Shown here piece after piece: positions 34,490-42,101 of a stretch of 64,000 nucleotides of DNA. The notes under the pieces are model-generated. The model did no database searches and had not been told where the DNA came from. It was given only the letters and a program-made list of their open reading frames with translations. The DNA is from an uncultured Anaerolineaceae bacterium (GTDB taxonomy: Bacteria; Chloroflexota; Anaerolineae; Anaerolineales; UBA4823), in the NCBI GenBank assembly GCA_964633225.1, contig CAZWFQ010000001.1:137477-201476 (forward strand), given 5' to 3'. Positions within the stretch are counted from its first letter, which is position 1, and the number at the start of each line of letters is the position of its first letter. The translations under genes and the position numbers were made by a program.

Positions 34490-35782
34490 TTATCGCCTAA
34501 CGATTTGCCCCGATAAGCCATTGGGGCTGTATCCCGTCACATGCACCGGCGTGATCCGGTTCCACCAGCCTGGGGCCGTGTCATTGCCTGGAAGACGGGT
34601 ATGGACGCGCAGGTAATTGCTGGTCAGACCGCCTAAAACCCATTCTGGTCCGTCTGCATCTACGCTTTCCCACAATACGCTGACTTCTTGATCCAGAAAA
34701 GCAACCTGGTATGCCTGGGCGGCCTGCATCAAGATCTGGCGAACCTGGGCACTGCGGGCTTTGCGTACGGCATACGTCACCTGGTCTGGCATGTCTGCCG
34801 CGGCTGTGCCGGGGCGGGCAGAGTAGTTGAAAACATGCCCGCCAGCAAACTGCATCTCTTGAATAAAGGCCAGGCTTTCTTCAAACTCAGCTTCGTTCTC
34901 GCCTGGAAAGCCTACAATGATATCGGTGCTGATTGCCAGGCCTGGGATAGCGGAGCGGGCGGCAGCCAGCAGGCTGGCATACGCAGCCGGGGTGGTCTTA
35001 CGCGCCATGCGCCGCAGGGTGGCGGCACTGCCCGATTGCAAAGGCAGGTGCAGGTGCGGGCACAGGCGCTCATCTTGCCAGAGCTCGAAGAAGCGCTCGT
35101 CAATATCCCACGGTTCCAGAGAAGACAAGCGCAGGCGTGGCACAGTTGTCTTTTCCAACACGCCTTTTACCAGGCAGCCCAAGGACTGGCCTTCGGCAGA
35201 ATCTCGTCCCCAAGATCCCAGATGCACCCCGGTCAGCACGATCTCCTGGGCACCGCCTTGTAGGGCATCTTCCACGTCCGCCAGCACGGCTGGCAGGGGG
35301 CGGCTGCGGGAAGGGCCGCGTGCAATGGTGGTGACACAGAAAGTGCAGCGGTTGTTGCAGCCATCTTGCACTTTGATGAATGCCCGCGTCCGGTGGCGAG
35401 CGCCGGGGATGGGCTGGCGGGCAGCATGCTCCAGGTCAAGTGCCTCTGGTGCCAGTTGCAAGACGTTCGCGACAAGCTGGTCTTTTTCCAGGTTGCCGAT
35501 TACCTGGCTCACGCCTGGTAGGGCAGCCGCCTCGCCAGGCTGTAAGGTAGCCCAACAGCCGGTCAGGATGATCTGCCTGACGCCCTGGCGGGCAGCCTGG
35601 CGTGCCTTTTGGCGTGAGTCTGATGCGGCTTCAGCAGTCACCGCACAGGTGTTGAGCACCACCAGATCCGCCTGCTCTGGGCTTGCAACCAGGTTGTGCC
35701 CTGCCAGGCGAAACTGGCGGGCGTAGATTTCGATCTCGCTTTGGTTGAGGCGACAACCGACTGTATCCAGGTAGACGTTCAT
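34490..35782 (-). CDS. mtaB: MiaB-family radical-SAM methylthiotransferase (MtaB-like)
   Basis: Start MNVYLDTVGCRLNQSE (UPF0004 domain). Radical-SAM motif CNNRCTFC. C-terminal TRAM-like end. The ATG at 35782 is preferred to the longer track start. Confidence 0.85.
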   Translation of the reverse strand: MNVYLDTVGCRLNQSEIEIYARQFRLAGHNLVASPEQADLVVLNTCAVTAEAASDSRQKARQAARQGVRQIILTGCWATLQPGEAAALPGVSQVIGNLEKDQLVANVLQLAPEALDLEHAARQPIPGARHRTRAFIKVQDGCNNRCTFCVTTIARGPSRSRPLPAVLADVEDALQGGAQEIVLTGVHLGSWGRDSAEGQSLGCLVKGVLEKTTVPRLRLSSLEPWDIDERFFELWQDERLCPHLHLPLQSGSAATLRRMARKTTPAAYASLLAAARSAIPGLAISTDIIVGFPGENEAEFEESLAFIQEMQFAGGHVFNYSARPGTAAADMPDQVTYAVRKARSAQVRQILMQAAQAYQVAFLDQEVSVLWESVDADGPEWVLGGLTSNYLRVHTRLPGNDTAPGWWNRITPVHVTGYSPNGLSGQIVRR

Positions 35783-35817
35783 ACAATGTGCGCGGCAATA
35801 TCCGCGTAGAGAAGCGC

Positions 35818-35860
35818 ATCGGGGTGCTGTGAGCCGCCTTGCGCGCTTCAGCACCCCGAT
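35818..35860 (-). other. 12-bp perfect hairpin without a U-tract, between the kinase/lipoprotein string and mtaB
   Basis: ATCGGGGTGCTG (35818-35829) pairs with CAGCACCCCGAT (35849-35860). The loop is 19 nt. On the coding (minus) strand it is not followed by a U-run. Confidence 0.45.
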
Positions 35861-35878
35861 TTAGGCGTTTAGAAAATC

Positions 35879-36529
35879 TTAGGGCTTGCGAACAACCAGG
35901 TTATCAAAGTGAATGTCGCTACCAGCGCCGCCGGTTGACGAGGCGCCTGCAATCAAGCCAATATCACCTGAAGCATAGGCTGTGTCGTTAGCCGAGCCAA
36001 CCAATTGACCATTGACGGTCAAGGTCAGGGTTGAGCCAACGCAGTCGGCCTTGATGTGGTTGGTGGCATTACCCAGGTTGATGGTTTCGGTAGGCTGGTA
36101 CATGTCGGTGCCAAAGAGGCTCAAATCGCCATCTGTGACTTTGCCGATACCGTAGTAGCCATCACTGCTGATCAGGAAGAGATAGAAGTTGCTCTCGTTC
36201 TGATAGCGGCAGATGACGCCAAACAGGTTGTCATCTGGTCCGGCGGCCTTGGTGGCGTCTACTTCCAGGCTCATATCTGTGAAGCTCAAGCCAGGATTGG
36301 CCCAGTAGATTTCATCGGCCTCATCCAGGATGCGGTAATAGCCGTTCTCGTAATCCGTCATCCCTTCGCCATCCACCGAGACTTCGTCCCAGCCACTGTT
36401 GGAACTGGAGAAATCGTCCTGGAACAGGATGTTGGGATCCGATGGGGCGGCCGGGGTTGTGCTACCGCAGGCCAGGATAGCCAGGCTCAGCACCACCACA
36501 ATAGCTGTAAACTGCCAACTTTTCTTCAT
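35879..36529 (-). CDS. Secreted/lipoprotein paralog 1 of the kinase ectodomain
   Basis: 216 aa with an AAGGAGA Shine-Dalgarno sequence. Signal peptide ending LAILAC. The mature part aligns over its full length with ORF 36572-37243 and with the C-terminal 180 aa of the kinase. Shared blocks: LFQDDFS, SGW, NPGL, GPDDN, ICRY, NFY, ISSDGYYG, TLTVNG, GLI.G, FDNLVV.KP-stop. Confidence 0.78.
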   Translation of the reverse strand: MKKSWQFTAIVVVLSLAILACGSTTPAAPSDPNILFQDDFSSSNSGWDEVSVDGEGMTDYENGYYRILDEADEIYWANPGLSFTDMSLEVDATKAAGPDDNLFGVICRYQNESNFYLFLISSDGYYGIGKVTDGDLSLFGTDMYQPTETINLGNATNHIKADCVGSTLTLTVNGQLVGSANDTAYASGDIGLIAGASSTGGAGSDIHFDNLVVRKP

Positions 36530-36571
36530 TTCTTAATCTCCTTATTCGTACATGTTGATGTTAATTGCCTT

Positions 36572-37243
36572 TTATGGTTTGGCGACCACAAAATTATCAA
36601 ATAAGATATCTACCCCGGCTGTCTCGTAAGCTCCTACGATCAGGCCCACGTCGCCGGATGTGAATTCTGTATCGTTTACATCTGCCAGCACCTGTCCATT
36701 TACAGTCAGGGTTAGGCTGCTGCCCGCACACCGCACCTGTAGATGGTTGGTGCTGCTGCCGATCTTTACAATTGTATCGTTAAATCCCAATGATTCCATA
36801 CCAATCAAGAATTCTTCGCCATCGACAAATTTGCTCACCCCGTAATAGCCATCACTGCTGATGGTGAAAAAGTAGAAGTTGGCATCATCTCTGTAGCGGC
36901 AGATGATCCCCAGATCGTTCTCGTCTGGTCCGCCGATCTTGGTGGCATCGACATCAATGAGCACGTCCGATAAGCTTAAGCCTGGGTTGCTCCAGAACCA
37001 CCAACTGGCCTTATTGACCAGGATGCGATACCCGTCATTGTAATAATCATTTGTGGCATCTGCATCTGCGTACCGGTCCCAGCCGCTGTTGACATCTGAA
37101 AAATCATCCTGGAAAAGTACGCTGGGCTGAGGCGTGCTGCCTGGCTGACTGGTTTCTCCAGATGGGATGCTTAACGTCTGGCAAGCCATCGCCAACAAGA
37201 CCAATATGCTTATAGTCAATAGGAAATGACTAGAACGCCTCAT
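36572..37243 (-). CDS. Secreted/lipoprotein paralog 2 of the kinase ectodomain
   Basis: 223 aa with an AGGAG Shine-Dalgarno sequence. Signal peptide ending LLAMAC. It carries the same motif series and ends FDNFVVAKP-stop. Confidence 0.78.
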   Translation of the reverse strand: MRRSSHFLLTISILVLLAMACQTLSIPSGETSQPGSTPQPSVLFQDDFSDVNSGWDRYADADATNDYYNDGYRILVNKASWWFWSNPGLSLSDVLIDVDATKIGGPDENDLGIICRYRDDANFYFFTISSDGYYGVSKFVDGEEFLIGMESLGFNDTIVKIGSSTNHLQVRCAGSSLTLTVNGQVLADVNDTEFTSGDVGLIVGAYETAGVDILFDNFVVAKP

Positions 37244-37279
37244 GTTTGTTACTCCTGGATTCGGAAAATGGCCTAACGA

Positions 37280-39127
37280 TCATGGCTTTGAAACAATAAA
37301 ATCATCGAAGACAATGTCGGTGCCAGCCGTGTTGAAGGTGCCTACGATCAGGCCTGGCACTCCCTCGTTGAAAGTGCTGTCGACGACCTGGGCCAAGCGT
37401 GTACCGTTAGCATATAACGTGAGGGTGTTGCCGACACAATCGGCACGCAGGGTGTTGACGGTCTCGCCCTGGTGGATGACCTGGCTGTACTGCATGCCCT
37501 CGTCAAACACCGTCGTAGAGCCGTTCAACCGTTTCAGGATGGCATAGTAGCCATCGCTGCTGATCACCAGCAGGTAAAAATTTTGATCGTCTTGGTACCG
37601 GCAGATGAGTCCCAAAACGTTGTCGTCGGGGCCAGCCACTTTCTCTGCCTGCACCTCAATGCTGGCATCGGCAAGCTTGACCTCTGTGGTAGCCCAAAAC
37701 CAGGCATTTGGAACATCTACCAGGATGTGGTAACTGCCTCCCTCGTAATTCATCAGGCCGTCGATATCTTGGTATGTGCTCCAGCCGCTTTGCGGGTTAG
37801 AAAAATCGTCTTGGAAAAGGATCGCGCCTGCTGCTGGCAGAGTGCTGGTGGCAGCCATAGGGGTTGTATCATTGGACGGCGGCGTGACGGTGGCTGGAAT
37901 GTTCACAATAGCCGTCGGTTCGGGTGTACTGCTGGGGTTTAATGCCATCCACAGGCTGCCCCCTAAAGCGCTTGCCACGCATAAGACTGCCCCCAAAATA
38001 GCTGCCCCGCCTAATGCCCATACGACCCAAGGTATTTTCTTTGTCTGCTGCCGGGCAATGGCTGGTGAAGATGCAGGGCGTACAGGCGCAGGGGTGCTGC
38101 CGGGCTGGGATGCTGGCGCATGGATTGGTGAGGGAGTGGGCGTGCGCAGTGGGCTAACCGGCTGGGATGGCTGCGGTGTGATGGGGCGGGCTGGACCAGC
38201 CGGCCGGGATGGCGGGGGTGTCATTGGGCGGGCCGCGGCAGATGGTGCTGGAGCGCCGTCCGAATCCGCGGCAGGTGTACGTGTCATGGATGGGCTGGGG
38301 CTGGCATCGGCCTGAATCGCAATTATTTCGAGTGCGCTGGCCATATCACTGGCAGTTTGAAAACGCCTGTCGCGTTCTTTGGCCATGGCTCGTTCGATCA
38401 AATCTTCACAGGCCGCCGGCAGATCAGCTTTGACCGCCAGGATGCGCGGGACGGGGTCAATCAGGTGTTTCATCGCAATGCCCATGGGGGTTGTGGCCTC
38501 GTAGGGCAGCCTGCCTGTCAGCATCTCGAACAGGATGGCGCCCAGGGCATAGATATCGCTGCGGTGGTCAATGTCGCCGTCGCCGCGCGCCTGCTCGGGA
38601 CTCATATAAGATGGCGTGCCGATCAGCGCGTCGCCGGTTAGCGCAACGCTGGCCTCGGCCAGGTGGGCAATACCAAAATCGGATAGATACGCATTGCCGT
38701 GCGGGTCGAATAATATGTTGGCGGGTTTCAGGTCACGGTGGATGATGCCCTTCGAATGTACGTAATCCAGGGCTGATGCCAGACGTGAAAAAATGCGGTT
38801 GGTCTTGTCGATCGGCAGCGGGCCTTGCTTGAGCAAGTCTGCCAGCGAGCCGCCCGGCATATAGCGCATCACCAGGTAAGGCTGGCCGTTCTCGTCGCCA
38901 TAATCGTAAACAGGCACAATGCCAGGAAATTCCAGCGAGGCGATGGTTTGCGCTTCCCGTTCAAAGCGGGCCCGGAACATAGCCTCGTGCATAAACGCCG
39001 CCGGCAAGACCTTGATTGCCACATCGCGCTTGAAACGCGGGTCAATTGCCTTGTAGACTGAGGCCATGCCGCCGCGCCCTAGCTCGGCTTTGATTTCGTA
39101 CCGGTCAATCTTTTGGGGTAACATCAA
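37280..39127 (-). CDS. Hanks-type Ser/Thr protein kinase with a TM segment and an extracytoplasmic beta-rich sensor domain
   Basis: 615 aa. Kinase motifs GRGGMASVYKA, VAIKVL, HRDLKPANIL, DFGIA, SYMSPEQ. A Pro/Ala/Ser-rich linker follows, then the TM segment WVVWALGGAAILGAVLCVASALGG. The C-terminal 180 aa (nt ~37283-37822) are paralogous to the two downstream ORFs. Confidence 0.9.
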   Translation of the reverse strand: MMLPQKIDRYEIKAELGRGGMASVYKAIDPRFKRDVAIKVLPAAFMHEAMFRARFEREAQTIASLEFPGIVPVYDYGDENGQPYLVMRYMPGGSLADLLKQGPLPIDKTNRIFSRLASALDYVHSKGIIHRDLKPANILFDPHGNAYLSDFGIAHLAEASVALTGDALIGTPSYMSPEQARGDGDIDHRSDIYALGAILFEMLTGRLPYEATTPMGIAMKHLIDPVPRILAVKADLPAACEDLIERAMAKERDRRFQTASDMASALEIIAIQADASPSPSMTRTPAADSDGAPAPSAAARPMTPPPSRPAGPARPITPQPSQPVSPLRTPTPSPIHAPASQPGSTPAPVRPASSPAIARQQTKKIPWVVWALGGAAILGAVLCVASALGGSLWMALNPSSTPEPTAIVNIPATVTPPSNDTTPMAATSTLPAAGAILFQDDFSNPQSGWSTYQDIDGLMNYEGGSYHILVDVPNAWFWATTEVKLADASIEVQAEKVAGPDDNVLGLICRYQDDQNFYLLVISSDGYYAILKRLNGSTTVFDEGMQYSQVIHQGETVNTLRADCVGNTLTLYANGTRLAQVVDSTFNEGVPGLIVGTFNTAGTDIVFDDFIVSKP

Positions 39128-39151
39128 GATTATTTTAACATACCCGGCCGC

Positions 39152-40591
39152 TTAAGGGAAATAGTAAGCCAACAGTCGATTGGCTTGTTCAGCCGTCCAA
39201 CTGCCCGGAGCAAGGCTTTCAGCCAGGTCAAATTCTAACTCGGCGCGGCTGGCATCCCCCCGGTAATAGAATACCAGGCCCATGTGCAGGTGTGCGGGGG
39301 CGTAATCGCTGTCAATAGCCAGCGCCCGGCGTAAAAAGCGTTCGGCATTCAGCCAATCTCCCAGGTAGAGCAGGGTCTGGGCCAGGGTATCCAGCGATTG
39401 GGGATCGCTGGGGTTCAGGGTCACTGCCCGGCGGGCAGCAGGCAGCCCTAGTTCCCGTACCTGGATCTGGTACTGCATCGAAAAACCAGCCAACAGCCGC
39501 CAGTACGTTGGGTCGTAGGGGTTGAGCGCAATGGCCCGTTCAAAGTAAGACTGGGCCGTGGGAAGATTTCCGCCCTGGGCATAGGTTTGCCCGATCTCAA
39601 CCAGCAGGATGGGGTTTTGGGGGTCGAGTTGCTGAGCAGTTTGCAGGTATTGAAGGGCCTGTTGGTTGTTGGCATGCCGCTGCCAGTATAAACCTGCAAA
39701 CAGGTTGGCAGACACCGATTGCGGATCGATCTGCAAGGCTTGTTCCAGCTCAGCCAGGCCGTCTGAGGCCCCTGGCACATCCGCCTGCCGGATGTGCTGG
39801 CGGGCCTCGCCCAGGTAAGCCCAGGCCTCGGCATAATCTGGGCGGAGGCCCACGGCCTGGTGAAAAGCCACCGCAGCCATCTGCCACTCATCTAAAGATG
39901 CCAGGGCCCGGCCGCTGGATAGCAGGGTGTAAGCCGGGTCTTCGGGCTGCTGCGCGGCCTGGATGCTGTTCAAGATCTGCCCGGCAGAAAAAGCCCGCCC
40001 AGGGTCGGTAGAGGCCAGTTCCAGGTAAGGGATGGCCTCTTGGGGCTGCCAGGCAGCCAACAGCAGTCCCAGTTGATAGGCAAGCTGGATGTCTGTGGGA
40101 GTCAGGGCCAGGGCAGCTTGCAGGTCTGCGATGGCGGCCGGGTAATCCTGGCGTTGTAAGTGGTAATTTGCCAGGCGCAGGTGGGCTGCAGGTGAAGGGG
40201 GCTGCAACTGGGCGGCTTGCTGCCAGAACGCTTCGGCTGCCAGGGCATCGCCAGATGCCAGGAAAAGATCCCCAAAAGTCAACAAGTCACTTTCGCTCAG
40301 TTGATCGGCCGTGCCGGCTTGCTCGAAAAGCCGCATGGCGCTTTGTAGGTCGCCGGCCTGCAGCGCATGCCGGGCGGCTGAGATCCATAAATCACTGCGC
40401 CAGGGATAGTAAGGCGCAGCTTGCTCCAGGGATGCTGCCGCAGCGCGTGAATCTGCTTGCTGCACTGCCTGTTGTGCCTCGTAGAAGGCCTGGCGGGCAG
40501 CATGGGGTTGTGGCGCCAACCCCAGCAGGGCAATTGCCAGCCCAACCAGGATGGCGCGCAGGGTAGCGGTGATGCGTGCCGATACTTTCAT
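39152..40591 (-). CDS. Membrane-anchored/secreted TPR-repeat protein
   Basis: 479 aa. N-terminal hydrophobic anchor LRAILVGLAIALLGLA. TPR-like repeats run throughout. It lies 24 nt upstream of the kinase gene. Confidence 0.8.
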   Translation of the reverse strand: MKVSARITATLRAILVGLAIALLGLAPQPHAARQAFYEAQQAVQQADSRAAAASLEQAAPYYPWRSDLWISAARHALQAGDLQSAMRLFEQAGTADQLSESDLLTFGDLFLASGDALAAEAFWQQAAQLQPPSPAAHLRLANYHLQRQDYPAAIADLQAALALTPTDIQLAYQLGLLLAAWQPQEAIPYLELASTDPGRAFSAGQILNSIQAAQQPEDPAYTLLSSGRALASLDEWQMAAVAFHQAVGLRPDYAEAWAYLGEARQHIRQADVPGASDGLAELEQALQIDPQSVSANLFAGLYWQRHANNQQALQYLQTAQQLDPQNPILLVEIGQTYAQGGNLPTAQSYFERAIALNPYDPTYWRLLAGFSMQYQIQVRELGLPAARRAVTLNPSDPQSLDTLAQTLLYLGDWLNAERFLRRALAIDSDYAPAHLHMGLVFYYRGDASRAELEFDLAESLAPGSWTAEQANRLLAYYFP

Positions 40592-40599
40592 CGGATTGA

Positions 40600-40605
40600 A
40601 TTATA
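40600..40605 (-). promoter_or_regulatory. -10 box (TATAAT) 8 nt before the ATG of the TPR gene (near-leaderless candidate)
   Basis: The reverse strand reads CCGC-TATAAT-TCAATCCG-ATG(40591), with no Shine-Dalgarno sequence. Confidence 0.35.
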
Positions 40606-40693
40606 GCGGAAAGGCAGCATCGCGGGGGTATAATACGCCAAGATTTTTCAGGTGCGATAACAGCCTACACTGAAAACACTTAGGAGTGAAAGC

Positions 40694-41461
40694 ATGCTGT
40701 TAACGATTGACATTGGAAACACGAATATCACCTTGGGCCTCTATGATGGTGAGACCCTCGGCCCACGCTGGCGCATCGCCACTGCATACGATCACATGCC
40801 CGATGAATACGGTTTGCAGCTTGCCGGCCTGCTTGAGCATGTGGGCGTCAAGCCTGATGCCCTGCACGGCATCTGCCTGGCCTCAGTTGTGCCGCCCCTT
40901 ACGGGCAAGATTGTAGAAGCCTGCGGAACTTACTTAAAACGAGAGCCGTTGGTGGTGGATGCCGGCGTCAAGACCGGCGTACGGGTTCGTTACGAAGATC
41001 CTAAGGCCGTCGGTGCTGATCGTATTGTGGATGCGGCTGCGGTTCAGCGTTTGTACGGCGGGCCAGCTTGCGTGGTAGATTTCGGCACTGCTACCACCTT
41101 TGATGGTATCTCTGCTGAGGGGGAGTACCTGGGTGGAGCCATTTCGCCGGGGATCGGTATTGCTGCTGAAGCGCTCTTCTTGCGCACAGCCAAGCTGCCC
41201 CGCGTTGACCTGCAGCGTCCGCCTTCTGTCATCGGGCGCAATACCGTGCATGCCATGCAATCGGGGCTCTTGTTTGGGTATGTTGGCCTGGTTGAAGGGA
41301 TGGTTAGCCGTTTTTATCAAGAGCTGGGCCCTCAGATGAAAGTCATTGCCACGGGTGGTTTGGCTGAAGTGGTTGCCAAAGAGACCCCTGTCCTACAGAT
41401 TGTAGCCCCCTGGTTGACCCTGGACGGGCTTAGGTTCATCTGGGAGATGAACCGTTCGTGA
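40694..41461 (+). CDS. coaX: Type III pantothenate kinase
   Basis: 255 aa. MLLTIDIGNTNITLGLY, GADRIVDA, VDFGTATTFD. Confidence 0.9.
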   Translation: MLLTIDIGNTNITLGLYDGETLGPRWRIATAYDHMPDEYGLQLAGLLEHVGVKPDALHGICLASVVPPLTGKIVEACGTYLKREPLVVDAGVKTGVRVRYEDPKAVGADRIVDAAAVQRLYGGPACVVDFGTATTFDGISAEGEYLGGAISPGIGIAAEALFLRTAKLPRVDLQRPPSVIGRNTVHAMQSGLLFGYVGLVEGMVSRFYQELGPQMKVIATGGLAEVVAKETPVLQIVAPWLTLDGLRFIWEMNRS

Positions 41462-41482
41462 TACAATGCGCATAACTGGCTT

Positions 41483-42100
41483 ATGAAAACAGATCTCTTG
41501 TTGGGTGACCACGTTGTAGCGATCAAGCATGCGGCTGATGTATTGCAGCATGGCGGGCTGGTTGCTTTCCCTACGGATACGGTGTATGGCCTGGCTGCTC
41601 TCCCTTTTTATGGAGCAATGGTTGAGCGCTTGTTTGCGGTCAAAGGGCGTGTCAATACCAAAGCCATTGCCGTATTGGTGGGCGACATTGCCCATGTGGA
41701 ACGTGTTGCCTATAAAATGACCGGCATCTCTTTGCGCCTGGCAGAGCGTTTCTGGCCTGGTCCTTTGACCCTGGTGGTGCCAGGCAAAAAAGACCTGCCG
41801 GATGTCCTGTCGCAAAATAACAGCGTGGGCGTGCGCATGCCCGATCACCCCCTGGCATTGGCCTTGCTGCGTGAAGTGGGCCCCCTGGCAGTCACCTCTG
41901 CCAACCTATCGGGGCAAGAAAATACCACCACTGCTCAAGAAGTAATGGAGCAGTTGGGTGGTCGTATCCACTTGATCCTGGATGGAGGGCGGGCAACCAG
42001 CCGTGTGCCTTCAACCGTCGTTGATTGCTGTGGACCCGAGTTGAGCCTGCTGCGCGAGGGCCCCATTTCTTTTGACAAGTTGAAAGAAGCCTTAGAATAG
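41483..42100 (+). CDS. tsaC: L-threonylcarbamoyladenylate synthase (YrdC/YwlC/Sua5 domain)
   Basis: 205 aa. FPTDTVYGLAA, KGR...KAIAVLV, SANLSG. Confidence 0.85.
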   Translation: MKTDLLLGDHVVAIKHAADVLQHGGLVAFPTDTVYGLAALPFYGAMVERLFAVKGRVNTKAIAVLVGDIAHVERVAYKMTGISLRLAERFWPGPLTLVVPGKKDLPDVLSQNNSVGVRMPDHPLALALLREVGPLAVTSANLSGQENTTTAQEVMEQLGGRIHLILDGGRATSRVPSTVVDCCGPELSLLREGPISFDKLKEALE

Positions 42101-42101
42101 A

